From Tenacibaculum sp. (lineage in GTDB: Bacteria > Bacteroidota > Bacteroidia > Flavobacteriales > Flavobacteriaceae), in assembly GCA_022448525.1 (NCBI GenBank), contig JAKVCX010000007.1, positions 11,035 through 75,034 on the forward strand: a DNA stretch of 64,000 bases. Direction: 5' to 3'. Positions 19,203-30,503 of the stretch are shown one piece after another. The notes below the pieces were generated by a model. That model worked only from the letters and a program-made list of their open reading frames with translations. It made no database searches and was not told the DNA's origin. The first letter of the stretch is position 1, and each line of letters opens with the position of its first letter. The translations under genes were made by a program, and so were the position numbers.

Positions 19203-22200
19203 ATGAGAAACAAGTACACTGCAAAGTTACTGCTTTCTGCTGGTATGCTAGTTTTTGCTAGTAATGCCTTTGCTCAAAGTAAAGAGCAGATCCAAAAAAT
19301 TCGTAGTGAATACGATTTGGTGAAGCTTCAAACAATTCAAAAGAATTTACAAACTAAGGAAAATCTTCAAAAAAAGGAAGCAATGAGAATTGCTCAACAA
19401 AAAGGATGGAAAACTACCATCAAAAAAGAAGATGGAACTTTTATGGAATTACAACGTGTAGTTAATGGAAAGCCAATTTATTATACTACTTTCAACGTTG
19501 ATGCTGCAAAATCTACAAGAACAGATCATTTACATTCAGGTGGTTCATTAGGTTTAAACTTAATGGGACAAGGATTAACTGCCAACGTATGGGATGGTGG
19601 AGGAACACGTAACACTCACCAAGAATTTGATGGTGCTGGTGGAAATAATCGTGTTACTACAATTGACGGTTCTACATTAAACGGAAACAGTTTTCATGCT
19701 CAGCACGTTACAGGAACAATTGTTGCTTCTGGAGTTGTTGCGAATGCAAAAGGTATGGCGCCTCATGCAAAAGCGAGAACGGCTGACTGGAATAATGATA
19801 AGTCTGAGGCAACTACAGAGACTGGAAACGGAATGATTATTTCTAACCACTCTTACGGTTTTGCTTTTAGAAATCAATTTGGACAAGTACAGCTACCACA
19901 AAACTATTTTGGAGGATATATCGAAGAATCTCGTGATTGGGATGAAATTTTATTTAATGCTCCAAACTACTTAATGGTTGTTGCTGCTGGTAACGATGGA
20001 AATGATAATACAGCTAACCAAAACCCAACTGGAGGATCTGGATGGGACAAGTTAACTGGGCACTCAACTTCTAAGAACAACCTAGTAGTTGCAAATGCTC
20101 AAGATGCTAACATTGATGCAAATGGAAATTTAGTTTCTGTTTCTATCAATAGTTCAAGTAGTGAAGGACCAACGGATGATATGCGTATTAAACCGGATAT
20201 CACTGGTAACGGTACTGGAGTTTATTCTACTTATGATAATAGTGATAGTGCTTATAATTCTATTACAGGTACTTCTATGGCATCTCCAAACGTTGCTGGA
20301 TCGTTATTGTTATTACAACAACACTACGGAAATTTAAATAGTGGTGGATTAATGAGAGCTGCTACATTAAAAGGTTTAGCTCTTCATACTGCTGATGACG
20401 CTGGTGCTGCTGGACCAGATGCTGTTTTCGGGTGGGGATTATTAAACACTAAGAGAGCTGCTCAAACTATTACAGCTAATGGAAATGGCTCTAAGATTGA
20501 AGAATTAACTTTAAATAGTGGTCAATCTTACACAATTACTGTTGATTCTGATGGAACTAGTCCATTATTAGCTTCTATTTCTTGGACAGATAGACCAGGT
20601 ACTGCTAATAGTACTGTAAACTCTACTACTCCAGTTTTAGTAAATGATTTAGATATTAGAGTAACTAAAGGAGGAACTACATATTTTCCTTATGAGTTAA
20701 CTGGGCCAACTACAAGTGCTCAACAAGATAATAATGTTGATCCTTATGAAAGAGTTGATGTAAACGGAGCATCAGGAACTTATACAATTACTGTAACTAA
20801 CAAAGGAACTTTAGTTGGTGGAAGCCAAGCATTTTCTTTAATTGTAACAGGTGTTACAGGGACTCCTGCAGTTTGTAACGCGACTACCCCAACAGGAGTT
20901 GGTGTAACTGGAGTTTCTCAAACAGGAGCTACAGTAAACTGGTCAGCTGTTGCTGGAACAACTTATGATGTAAGATATCGTCAATCAGGAACAACTTCTT
21001 GGACTGTTAATGCAGTTACTGGAACTTCTTCTTCTTTATCTGGTTTAACAGCTGGAACTGAATACCAAGTACAAGTTCGTAGTAAGTGTCCTGATGGAAC
21101 AAATTCATCTTACAGTACAACAACAACATTTACAACGTCTGCGCCAACACCATGTGAATCATTACCATATGCTGAAAGTTTTGAAAGCAACGACGGATGG
21201 ACTCAAGTTTCTGGAGATGACGGAGATTGGGTAAGAGATAGTGGAGGAACACCTTCTTCAACTACTGGACCAAGTTCAGGAGCAGATGGATCTTTCTACA
21301 TGTTCTTAGAGGCTTCAACTAATAATAGTGCAGGACAAATTGGAAACAACGCTAGTGCAATTTTAGAAAGTGGATGTTTCGATTTATCTGGAAAGTCTGA
21401 GGCTACATTTGCGTTCAAAAACCACATGTATGGAACTAACATGGGATCTTTAACGGCTCAAGTTTCTACTAATGATGGATCAACTTGGACAAATGTTTGG
21501 ACGCTTTCAGGAAACCAAGGAAACCAATGGAATTCAGTTTCTGTTAATTTAAATAGTTATGTAGGGTCAACAATCAAATTAAGATTAGTTGGTACAACAG
21601 GAAATGGATGGAGAAGTGATGTTGCAATTGACGATATCGAAGTTACTGCTGTTGATGCAGGATCTGATACGCAAGCGCCTTCAGCGCCATCTAATGTTCA
21701 AGCTTCGAGTATTACACAAACTACAGCTACGGTAAGCTGGAATGCTTCTACTGATAATGTAGGTGTTACAGGATACGAAGTATTCCAAGGTTCTTCTAGT
21801 TTAGGAACTGTTACAGGAACTTCTGCTAATTTAACAGGATTAACAGCAGGAACTTCTTATACAATTAATGTAAGAGCTCAAGATGCTGCTGGAAACGTTT
21901 CTAACGCAGGTTCTGTTACATTTACAACTGATAGTGATAACCCAGCTCCAACATATTGTACTTCTAGCGGAAGCAGAACTACTTATGAGTGGATTGATAA
22001 TGTAGAATTAGGTGGAATTACAAATGCTACTGGTGCAGGAAGCGGATATTCTGACTTTACTAACTTAGTTGGTAACTTAGCGCAAGGAAGTACTAATACT
22101 ATGATTGTAAGTGCTGGATTCAGTGGTTCTTCTTATACAGAGCACTGGGCAGTTTGGATTGACTTTAACCAAGATGGAACTTTTGCTGATAGTGAAAAAG

Positions 22201-22673
22201 TAGTTTCTGGATCTTCTTCTAGTGCAAACAACTTATCTGCTACTGTTAATGTGCCTTCTAACGCTGTTTTAGGTCAAACGAGAATGCGTGTATCTATGAA
22301 GTATAACGCTGCTCAAACAGCTTGTGAGAGCTTCGGAGATGGAGAAGTAGAAGATTATACTATTAATATTACATCTTCTTCAAACGGTTTATTTACAACC
22401 TTTAATAATACAAATGCTGATGTATTAGGAAATGAAGCAGCAACTACATTTACTGCTTATCCAAATCCAGCTAAAGATTTTATTCAAGTGAAGTCTAGCA
22501 ACAGAAATGTTGGATTAACTTCATATAGAATTATAAATACAATTGGTCAAACTGTTCAATCTGGAGAGTTAACTAATGATAGAATTAATGTTTCGAAACT
22601 TGGCTTAGGGATGTATATCTTAGAGGTTAATGACGGACAAAAATTATTCAACACTCAATTGGTTAAAAGATAG
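19203..22673 (+). CDS. T9SS-secreted S8 subtilase with FN3, MAM, FN3, GEVED and CTD
   Basis: Catalytic triad VWDGG / HAQHVTGT / GTSMASP; GEVEDY; C-terminal YPNP..GMYIL. Confidence 0.93.
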   Translation: MRNKYTAKLLLSAGMLVFASNAFAQSKEQIQKIRSEYDLVKLQTIQKNLQTKENLQKKEAMRIAQQKGWKTTIKKEDGTFMELQRVVNGKPIYYTTFNVDAAKSTRTDHLHSGGSLGLNLMGQGLTANVWDGGGTRNTHQEFDGAGGNNRVTTIDGSTLNGNSFHAQHVTGTIVASGVVANAKGMAPHAKARTADWNNDKSEATTETGNGMIISNHSYGFAFRNQFGQVQLPQNYFGGYIEESRDWDEILFNAPNYLMVVAAGNDGNDNTANQNPTGGSGWDKLTGHSTSKNNLVVANAQDANIDANGNLVSVSINSSSSEGPTDDMRIKPDITGNGTGVYSTYDNSDSAYNSITGTSMASPNVAGSLLLLQQHYGNLNSGGLMRAATLKGLALHTADDAGAAGPDAVFGWGLLNTKRAAQTITANGNGSKIEELTLNSGQSYTITVDSDGTSPLLASISWTDRPGTANSTVNSTTPVLVNDLDIRVTKGGTTYFPYELTGPTTSAQQDNNVDPYERVDVNGASGTYTITVTNKGTLVGGSQAFSLIVTGVTGTPAVCNATTPTGVGVTGVSQTGATVNWSAVAGTTYDVRYRQSGTTSWTVNAVTGTSSSLSGLTAGTEYQVQVRSKCPDGTNSSYSTTTTFTTSAPTPCESLPYAESFESNDGWTQVSGDDGDWVRDSGGTPSSTTGPSSGADGSFYMFLEASTNNSAGQIGNNASAILESGCFDLSGKSEATFAFKNHMYGTNMGSLTAQVSTNDGSTWTNVWTLSGNQGNQWNSVSVNLNSYVGSTIKLRLVGTTGNGWRSDVAIDDIEVTAVDAGSDTQAPSAPSNVQASSITQTTATVSWNASTDNVGVTGYEVFQGSSSLGTVTGTSANLTGLTAGTSYTINVRAQDAAGNVSNAGSVTFTTDSDNPAPTYCTSSGSRTTYEWIDNVELGGITNATGAGSGYSDFTNLVGNLAQGSTNTMIVSAGFSGSSYTEHWAVWIDFNQDGTFADSEKVVSGSSSSANNLSATVNVPSNAVLGQTRMRVSMKYNAAQTACESFGDGEVEDYTINITSSSNGLFTTFNNTNADVLGNEAATTFTAYPNPAKDFIQVKSSNRNVGLTSYRIINTIGQTVQSGELTNDRINVSKLGLGMYILEVNDGQKLFNTQLVKR

Positions 22674-22703
22674 AAACCCTTCAATTTTACTTAAACCAAT
22701 AAT

Positions 22704-22729
22704 AAAACCCGAGCTTTTGCTCGGGTTTT
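22704..22729 (+). terminator. Intrinsic terminator
   Basis: AAAACCCGAGC-TTTT-GCTCGGGTTTT. Confidence 0.9.
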
Positions 22730-22814
22730 TGCATTTTTTGACGGTATTTTTTTTGCAATCCATAATAATATTTTAACATAAAATTTAACATAAGCTTGCA
22801 ATTCATACAAAAAT

Positions 22815-22856
22815 TTAACAAAAATCTTAAATTATGTTAACGTTGAAGTATATTTG
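22815..22856 (+). promoter_or_regulatory. Promoter -7 box with upstream TTAA-N8-TTAA palindrome
   Basis: TATATTTG 22849-22856; TTAACAAAAATCTTAA 22815-22830. Confidence 0.5.
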
Positions 22857-22955
22857 GAATCCTTGATTACCCCTTCTGAAAATTCTTCAACAAGAGCCCT
22901 AATAAGTTGCGGGAAATCAAATAGTTTAACGAAAACCATTAAAACCCTTCAAAGA

Positions 22956-25631
22956 ATGAAAAAAATTACTTTCTTATTTCTTTTATTAACGGGAGTTGTT
23001 TTTTCTCAGCAAAAGAGAAATTGTCACTCGATGAACAATCTTGAGTTCAGACAACAAAAGGACCCGGCCATCAAGCAAAGAATGATGGAAATTGAAAAGT
23101 TTACTCAGAATAAACTTTTACAAATGCAAAGCCTTCAGAAAAAGATAGATGGTGAAATTATTAAGATTCCTGTAGTTGTACACGTAATCTATAGTAATTC
23201 ACAAGAAAATATTAGTGAAGCTCAAATCCAATCTCAAATTGATGTATTAAACGAAGACTTCAGAAGAACGAATTCTGATGCTAATAACAAATGGTCTCAA
23301 GCAGCAGATACACAAATTGAGTTTGCACTAGCAGCAATCGATCCTAACGGAAACCCTACTTCTGGTATCACAAGAAAGTCTTCTACAAGAACTTCTTGGG
23401 GAACAAACGATGCAATGAAGAGTGCTTCTCAAGGAGGAGTTAGTCCTTGGGATACATCTGAATATTTAAACATGTGGGTATGTAATATCGGTGGAGGAAT
23501 TTTAGGATATGCACAATTTCCAGGAGGTAGTGCTGCTACTGACGGAGTTGTAATGAGTCCACAATATTTTGGTAGTTCAGATAAAGGTTCTGGATTTTAT
23601 TTATCAGCTCCTTTTGATAAAGGTAGAACTACTACTCACGAAGTTGGTCACTTCTTGAACTTACGTCACATTTGGGGTGATGGTGGATGTTCAGTTGATG
23701 ATTTTGTTTCTGATACACCTACATCTGATGCGGCAAATTACGGGTGTGCAACAGGTCATACGTCTTGTGGATCTGAGGATATGGTAGAGAACTTCATGGA
23801 TTATTCTGATGATTCTTGTATGAACTTATATACAGAAGGACAAAAGAATAGAATGAGAGCTGTTTTAGAAGCTGGAGGAGTTAGAAGAAGTTTAGCTTTA
23901 TCTGATAAATTTTCACCAGCAGTATGTAATGCAACTACACCAACAGGAGTTAGTGTATCTGGAGTTTCGTCTTCAGAAGCTACAGTTTCTTGGAATGATG
24001 TTTCAGGAGCGACTTATGATGTAAGATTCCGTCCGGCTGGAACAACTTCTTGGACAGTAAATGCTGTTTCTGGAACTTCGACTACATTATCTGGTTTATC
24101 AGCTACAACTCAATATCAAGTACAAGTAAGAAGTAAGTGTTCTTCTGGAAGTTCTTCTTATAGCTCTACAGTTAGCTTTACAACTACTGAAGTACAATTA
24201 AACTACTGTGATTCTAAAGGTAACAACGTAAACGACGAGTATATCAGTAGAGTTGCTATTGGATCAATTAACAATACATCTGGAAATGGAAACGGATATT
24301 CTGATTTCACTTCTCAATCTACTACATTAGCAAAATCAGCTTCTGCTAGTATTACAATTACACCAACTTGGACAGGAACTGTTTATAGCGAAGGTTATGC
24401 AGTATTTATCGATTATAACCAAGATGGAGATTTCGCGGATAGCGGAGAAACTGTTTGGACACAATCTGCTACACAAAATACACCAGTTTCTGGATCGTTT
24501 ACAGTTCCAGCTGGAGCTGCTGAAGGAGCAACTAGAATGCGTGTATCTATGAAATATAATGGAGTACCTACTTCATGTGAAACATTCTCTTACGGAGAAG
24601 TAGAAGATTATACAGTTGTTATTGGAGCGTCTGCACCAGATACACAAGCGCCTTCTACACCTTCAAATGTGCAAGCTTCGGCTGTAACACAAACAACAGC
24701 TACAGTAAGCTGGAATGCGTCTTCTGATAACGTAGGAGTTACAGGATATGAAGTATTTAGAGGATCTACAAGCTTAGGAACTGTAACAGGAACTTCAGCT
24801 AACTTAACAGGATTATCAGCAAATACTTCTTACACAGTTTCAGTAAGAGCTAATGATGCTGCTGGAAACCAATCAAACGCTGGATCAGTTACATTCACAA
24901 CATTAAGTAATCAAGTTTCTTACTGTACTTCTAGCGGAAGCAGAACTACATACGAATGGATTGACAATGTTGAATTAGGAGGAATTGCAAATGCTACAGG
25001 AGCAGGAAGTGGATATTCTGACTTTACTAGTCAAGTTGGAACATTAGCACAAGGAAGTTCAAATACTATGATTGTAAGTGCTGGATTTAGAAGCTCTTCT
25101 TATACTGAGTATTGGGCAGTATGGATTGACTTCAACCAAGATGGAACATTCTCTGCAAGTGAGAAAGTAGTTTCTGGATCTTCTTCTAGTGCAAATAACT
25201 TATCTGCTACAGTAAATGTACCTTCAAATGCAGTATTAGGTAATACTAGAATGCGTGTATCTATGAAGTATAACGCAGCGCAAACAGCTTGTGAAAACTT
25301 TGGAGATGGAGAAGTAGAAGATTATACAATTAATATTACAAGCTCAGCTCGTCAAGACTTAGTGTCTTCAGATGCTGATGCATTAGGAAATGAATCTGCA
25401 ATAGATTTATTAGCATTCCCTAACCCGACAACTAACTTTGTTCAGGTAAGGTTATCTAATAGAACTGCTGAAATATCTTCATATAGTATTGTGAATACAA
25501 TCGGACAAACAGTTCAAAAAGGTGAACTTACTAATGGAACAATTAACGTTTCTAATCTATCATTAGGAATGTACATTTTAGAAGTAAATGATGGTCAAAA
25601 ATCATTTAAAATTAAATTATTGAAGAAATAA
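22956..25631 (+). CDS. T9SS-secreted M43 (pappalysin/ulilysin-like) metalloprotease with FN3, GEVED, FN3, GEVED and CTD
   Basis: Cys-switch-like RNC, HEVGHFLNLRH, Met-turn NFMDY; ATG at 22956 gives a signal peptide. Confidence 0.92.
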   Translation: MKKITFLFLLLTGVVFSQQKRNCHSMNNLEFRQQKDPAIKQRMMEIEKFTQNKLLQMQSLQKKIDGEIIKIPVVVHVIYSNSQENISEAQIQSQIDVLNEDFRRTNSDANNKWSQAADTQIEFALAAIDPNGNPTSGITRKSSTRTSWGTNDAMKSASQGGVSPWDTSEYLNMWVCNIGGGILGYAQFPGGSAATDGVVMSPQYFGSSDKGSGFYLSAPFDKGRTTTHEVGHFLNLRHIWGDGGCSVDDFVSDTPTSDAANYGCATGHTSCGSEDMVENFMDYSDDSCMNLYTEGQKNRMRAVLEAGGVRRSLALSDKFSPAVCNATTPTGVSVSGVSSSEATVSWNDVSGATYDVRFRPAGTTSWTVNAVSGTSTTLSGLSATTQYQVQVRSKCSSGSSSYSSTVSFTTTEVQLNYCDSKGNNVNDEYISRVAIGSINNTSGNGNGYSDFTSQSTTLAKSASASITITPTWTGTVYSEGYAVFIDYNQDGDFADSGETVWTQSATQNTPVSGSFTVPAGAAEGATRMRVSMKYNGVPTSCETFSYGEVEDYTVVIGASAPDTQAPSTPSNVQASAVTQTTATVSWNASSDNVGVTGYEVFRGSTSLGTVTGTSANLTGLSANTSYTVSVRANDAAGNQSNAGSVTFTTLSNQVSYCTSSGSRTTYEWIDNVELGGIANATGAGSGYSDFTSQVGTLAQGSSNTMIVSAGFRSSSYTEYWAVWIDFNQDGTFSASEKVVSGSSSSANNLSATVNVPSNAVLGNTRMRVSMKYNAAQTACENFGDGEVEDYTINITSSARQDLVSSDADALGNESAIDLLAFPNPTTNFVQVRLSNRTAEISSYSIVNTIGQTVQKGELTNGTINVSNLSLGMYILEVNDGQKSFKIKLLKK

Positions 25632-25659
25632 TAGATGTCCTTACCCTATTATTGATGGT

Positions 25660-25686
25660 AAAACCCGAGCAATTTGCTCGGGTTTT
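25660..25686 (+). terminator. Intrinsic terminator
   Basis: AAAACCCGAGC-AATTT-GCTCGGGTTTT. Confidence 0.9.
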
Positions 25687-25769
25687 TTACTTTTTTAACA
25701 TTTTCTTTGGTAATTCATAACCTAAAAATAACAATTCATTGCGTTTTTTAATGCAAACTATACAAATCC

Positions 25770-25811
25770 TTAACGTATTCGTTAAAAAAAACGATCGTTC
25801 CTGTATATTTG
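25770..25811 (+). promoter_or_regulatory. Promoter -7 box with upstream perfect palindrome
   Basis: TTAACGTATTCGTTAA 25770-25785; TATATTTG 25804-25811. Confidence 0.5.
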
Positions 25812-25910
25812 GCACCCCTATAAATCCTCATTCATAAATTCTCCAAAAAGAACCGAATTGGTTATAGGATGTGTAATAGTTTCAAATTTTCATTAAAAAG
25901 CCCTAAACAA

Positions 25911-28454
25911 ATGAAGAAAATTACCTTATTATTTTTAATGCTTACCGGTGTGGTATTCTCTCAAACAAAGCGTTCTTGTCACGCTGATGAGATGATGAAA
26001 GAAAAATTTAAAAATAATCCAGCTGCAGAAGAGTACATGCACCAAATGGAAAAGTTTACTCAAAACAGAATTGCTCAACTAAAAAATTCACAGAGAAAAA
26101 TTGTAGGAGATGTCTATCAAATTCCAGTGGTAGTACATGTCTTATATACAAATTCTTCGAATAACATTAGTGCAGCGCAAATTCAATCACAGTTAGATGT
26201 TTTAAACGCAGATTTTAGAAGAACAAATGCTGATAGAACGAACAAATGGTCGCAAGCAGCAGATACAAAAATCGAATTTTACTTAGCAGAAATTGATCCT
26301 AACGGTAATCCAACTACAGGAATTACGAGAAAGCAAGTAAGCAAGTCAACTTGGAATACTTCTTTAGGAGAAGGTGATGCATTAAAGAAATCTTCTCAAG
26401 GTGGTGTTGATCCATGGAATACAGCAGAGTATTTAAACATGTGGGTTGTAGATAACATCATTAGAAACACAAATACAGGTACTGCTACTATTTTAGGTTT
26501 TGCTCAATTCCCTTGGGATACTGATGCATCAACAGATGGAGTAGTAATGGCTGATCAATATTTTGGTACAACAGGAACTGCTCAAGCTCCTTTTGACGGA
26601 GGTAGAACAACAACTCACGAAGTTGGACACTATTTTGGTTTACGTCACATTTGGGGTGACGGTGGTTGTGGGGTAGATGATTTCGTATCGGATACTCCAG
26701 AGTCAGATGCGCCAAACTATGGTTGTGCTTCAGGACACACTTCTTGTGGTTCAGAAGATATGATTCAAAACTACATGGATTACTCTGATGATTCTTGTAT
26801 GAATTTATTTACTGCAGGACAAAGAGATAGAATGCATACATATTTAGAAGCTGGAGGAGCAAGACGTGCTTTAGCTTTATCTGATAAGTCAAACGGAGGA
26901 ACTCCACCGCCACCAGCAGATACTTGTTCATCAACAGTTTCTTCTTTCCCATATAGTGAAGGTTTCGAATCAGGAAACGGATGGACTCAGGTTTCTGGAG
27001 ATGACGGAGATTGGGTAAGAGATAGCGGAGGAACGCCATCTAGCAATACAGGACCAAGTACTGGAGCTGAAGGATCTTTCTACATGTTCTTAGAAGCTTC
27101 TTCTAATAGTAGTACAGGTCAAATTGGATCAAATGCAACAGCTATTTTAGAAAGTCCATGTTTTGATTTATCTGGAAAATCTGCAGCAACGTTCACATTT
27201 GAAAACCATATGTATGGTACGAATGTAGGATCATTAAAAGTTCAAGCTTTAAAAGATGGAGCTTCTTCTTGGACAGATGTTTGGTCTGATTCAGGAAATA
27301 AAGGAAACCAATGGAACGAGGTTTCAGTAAACTTAAGTGCTTACTTAGGTGGAAAAGTAAAATTAAGAATCGTTGGAACAACAGGAAATGGTTGGTCAAG
27401 TGATATTGCTGTTGATGCATTATCAGTAACAACTGGTGGAGGTTCTACAGCCGATACACAAGCGCCAACTGTACCATCAAATGTACAAGCTTCAAACATC
27501 ACAGAAACTTCAGCTACGGTAAGCTGGTCTGCTTCTTCTGATAATGTAGCAGTAACTGGATACGAAGTATTCCAAGGATCATCAAGCTTAGGAACTGTAA
27601 CAGGAACTTCGGCAAATATTACAGGATTAGTTGCTGGAACATCTTATACAATTGCAGTGAGAGCTGTAGATGCAGCTGGAAATCAATCTGCTACACGTTC
27701 AGTTTCATTTACAACGATTGATAATACACCAGCGCCAGTTTCTTACTGTTCTTCAAGCAGTAACAGAACTCAGTTTGAGTGGATTGATAATGTTGAGTTA
27801 GGTGGAATCGCAAATGCTACAGGAGCAGGAAGTGGATATTCTGACTTTACTGCACAAGTAGGAACTTTAGCTCAAGGAAGCTCAAATAGTATGGTTATAA
27901 GTGCTGGATTCAGTGGAACAGCTTATACAGAGCACTGGGCAGTTTGGATTGACTTTAACCAAGATGGAACATTCGCGGATAGTGAAAAAGTTGTTTCTGG
28001 ATCTTCTTCTAGTGCAAACAACTTATCAGCTACTGTAAACGTACCAGCAGGAGCAACATTAGGTCAAACTAGAATGCGTGTTTCTATGAAGTATAACGCT
28101 GCACAAACAGCTTGTGAAACGTTTGCAGATGGAGAAGTAGAAGACTATACAATTAATATTGTAAGCTCTGCTCGTGAAGGTGGTGTATCATTAACTTCTG
28201 AGAGCTTAGGAAACGAAGCATCAATTAATGTATTAGCTTATCCAAACCCAACAACTGGATTTGTAAAAGTAAGCTTAACAAGTAAAGATGCACAGTTAGC
28301 TTCTTATGCAATTGTTAACACTATCGGACAAACGGTTCAAAGAGGTGAGTTAAGTAATGGAACTATTAATGTTGCTACCTTAACACCAGGAATATATATT
28401 TTACAAGTAAATGATGGTCAAAAATTATTTGAAGCGAAATTGATAAAAAAGTAA
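25911..28454 (+). CDS. T9SS-secreted M43 metalloprotease with MAM, FN3, GEVED and CTD
   Basis: RSC switch, [16 protein letters not shown]; ATG at 25911. Confidence 0.92.
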   Translation: MKKITLLFLMLTGVVFSQTKRSCHADEMMKEKFKNNPAAEEYMHQMEKFTQNRIAQLKNSQRKIVGDVYQIPVVVHVLYTNSSNNISAAQIQSQLDVLNADFRRTNADRTNKWSQAADTKIEFYLAEIDPNGNPTTGITRKQVSKSTWNTSLGEGDALKKSSQGGVDPWNTAEYLNMWVVDNIIRNTNTGTATILGFAQFPWDTDASTDGVVMADQYFGTTGTAQAPFDGGRTTTHEVGHYFGLRHIWGDGGCGVDDFVSDTPESDAPNYGCASGHTSCGSEDMIQNYMDYSDDSCMNLFTAGQRDRMHTYLEAGGARRALALSDKSNGGTPPPPADTCSSTVSSFPYSEGFESGNGWTQVSGDDGDWVRDSGGTPSSNTGPSTGAEGSFYMFLEASSNSSTGQIGSNATAILESPCFDLSGKSAATFTFENHMYGTNVGSLKVQALKDGASSWTDVWSDSGNKGNQWNEVSVNLSAYLGGKVKLRIVGTTGNGWSSDIAVDALSVTTGGGSTADTQAPTVPSNVQASNITETSATVSWSASSDNVAVTGYEVFQGSSSLGTVTGTSANITGLVAGTSYTIAVRAVDAAGNQSATRSVSFTTIDNTPAPVSYCSSSSNRTQFEWIDNVELGGIANATGAGSGYSDFTAQVGTLAQGSSNSMVISAGFSGTAYTEHWAVWIDFNQDGTFADSEKVVSGSSSSANNLSATVNVPAGATLGQTRMRVSMKYNAAQTACETFADGEVEDYTINIVSSAREGGVSLTSESLGNEASINVLAYPNPTTGFVKVSLTSKDAQLASYAIVNTIGQTVQRGELSNGTINVATLTPGIYILQVNDGQKLFEAKLIKK

Positions 28455-28485
28455 TAAAATCCCTATTTATTATTATGTACGAATT

Positions 28486-28509
28486 CCCGAGCCAAGTGCT
28501 CGGGTTTTT
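28486..28509 (+). terminator. Intrinsic terminator
   Basis: CCCGAGC-CAAGT-GCTCGGG followed by a T-run. Confidence 0.85.
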
Positions 28510-28640
28510 GTTTTTATTAAATCTACGAAAGCGGGAATCATCTTCAGTCTTATATTCAATACACTTTAATAGTTAGTGCCAACAAAATATTTCACTCTGA
28601 AACACTACCTTTGCGTGCTTACATGCGCTAAAATTATATT

Positions 28641-30503
28641 ATGAATTACCTTACTGTTGAAAATATCTCCAAAGCTTATGGAGAACGCGTTTTATTTGAA
28701 GACCTATCTTTTGGAATTAACAAAGATCAAAAGATTGCCTTTGTAGCGAAAAACGGTAGCGGTAAAACTTCTATTTTAAATATTGTTGCAGGAAAAGATG
28801 TTCCAGACTCTGGACAAATTGTAAGTAGAAAAGGAATTCATATTGCCTACTTATCTCAAGAGCACGATTTTGATGTGAATAAATCGATTGAAGAAACCAT
28901 TTTCGCAACAGAGAATAAGATTCTTCCAATTATTCAAAAGTATGAACAAGCCTTGCAAAATCCAGATGATGCAGAAGCGTATCAGGCGGCGTTTGATTTA
29001 ATGGATCAACACAATGCGTGGGATTTTGAAACGCAGTACAAGCAAATTCTATCGAAATTGAAGCTTGATAAATTACAGCAAAAGGTAGGAACACTTTCTG
29101 GTGGACAGAAAAAGCGTTTGGCATTGGCGATTATCTTAATTAACAAACCTGATTTATTAATTCTAGATGAGCCAACCAACCACTTAGATTTAGAAATGAT
29201 TGAGTGGTTAGAAGCGTTTTTTGCTCGTGAAAAAATTACCTTGTTTATGGTAACGCATGATCGTTACTTTTTAGAGCGTGTGTGTAATGAAATTATTGAG
29301 TTAGATAACGGACAGTTATACAAGTACAAAGGAAACTATTCGTACTACTTACAAAACAAAGAAGAACGAAAAGCTTTAGAAGCAACCAACCTTAGCAAAG
29401 CGAAGAGTTTATATAAAAAAGAATTGGATTGGATGCGTCGTCAGCCAAAGGCACGTACCACCAAATCAAAATCTAGAATTGATGATTTCTTCGAAATCAA
29501 AGCCAAAGCACACCAACGCCGACAAGAACATGAAGTTCAATTAGAAATTAACATGGAGCGTTTGGGTAGTAAGATTGTAGAATTACACAAATTGAAAAAA
29601 TCCTTTGACGATAAAGTAATTTTAGATGGTTTTGAATATGTGTTTAAAAAAGGAGAACGCATAGGAATTATTGGTAAAAACGGAACCGGAAAATCATCGT
29701 TCTTAAATTTATTAACCGGACAAATTCCTGTTGATGGCGGAAAGATTGTCGTAGGTGAAACCGTAAAGTTTGGTTATTACACCCAAAAGGGAATAAAGAT
29801 TAAAGAAGGGCAGAAGGTAATTGAAGTGATTAAAGAATTTGGGGAAGAAATTCCATTAACCAAAGGGAGAAGAATTTCTGCGGCACAATTACTAGAGCGT
29901 TTCTTGTTTGATCGTAAAAAGCAATACGATTTCGTAGAGAAGTTAAGTGGAGGTGAGCAAAAGCGTTTGTACCTGTGTGCGGTTTTGATACAAAACCCAA
30001 ACTTCTTGATTTTAGATGAGCCAACCAACGATTTAGATGTAGTAACGCTAAATGTACTAGAAAACTTCTTATTGGATTATCCTGGGAATTTAATGGTGGT
30101 TTCTCACGACCGTTATTTTATGGATAAAATTGTGGATTCGTTGTTTGTGTTTAGAGGAAATGGAGTAGTGGAGAACTTTCCTGGAAATTACTCTGATTTT
30201 AGAGCTTATGAAGATTCTAAAACCCCAGAACCTAAAGTAGACAAAAAAGAGCCTGTAAAACGCGAAAAAACACCTCAAAAAGGAAAGTTAAGCTATAATG
30301 AGAAGCGAGAGTTTGGAATTTTAGAAATTGATATTGAAAAACTCCAAAAAAAGAAAACCGATATAGAAGGACAATTTGCTAACGGTAGCATTGCTCCTGA
30401 AGAGATTAACGACAAATCTGTAGAACTCCAACAAATTATAGAAGACTTAGAAACCAAAGAAGAACGTTGGTTTGAGTTGTCAATGAAAATGGAGGGTAGT
30501 TGA
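28641..30503 (+). CDS. ABC-F family ATP-binding protein (Uup-like)
   Basis: Two ABC domains (NGSGKT, NGTGKS; LSGGQKKR, LSGGEQKR; LDEPTN) and no TM segments. Confidence 0.93.
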   Translation: MNYLTVENISKAYGERVLFEDLSFGINKDQKIAFVAKNGSGKTSILNIVAGKDVPDSGQIVSRKGIHIAYLSQEHDFDVNKSIEETIFATENKILPIIQKYEQALQNPDDAEAYQAAFDLMDQHNAWDFETQYKQILSKLKLDKLQQKVGTLSGGQKKRLALAIILINKPDLLILDEPTNHLDLEMIEWLEAFFAREKITLFMVTHDRYFLERVCNEIIELDNGQLYKYKGNYSYYLQNKEERKALEATNLSKAKSLYKKELDWMRRQPKARTTKSKSRIDDFFEIKAKAHQRRQEHEVQLEINMERLGSKIVELHKLKKSFDDKVILDGFEYVFKKGERIGIIGKNGTGKSSFLNLLTGQIPVDGGKIVVGETVKFGYYTQKGIKIKEGQKVIEVIKEFGEEIPLTKGRRISAAQLLERFLFDRKKQYDFVEKLSGGEQKRLYLCAVLIQNPNFLILDEPTNDLDVVTLNVLENFLLDYPGNLMVVSHDRYFMDKIVDSLFVFRGNGVVENFPGNYSDFRAYEDSKTPEPKVDKKEPVKREKTPQKGKLSYNEKREFGILEIDIEKLQKKKTDIEGQFANGSIAPEEINDKSVELQQIIEDLETKEERWFELSMKMEGS

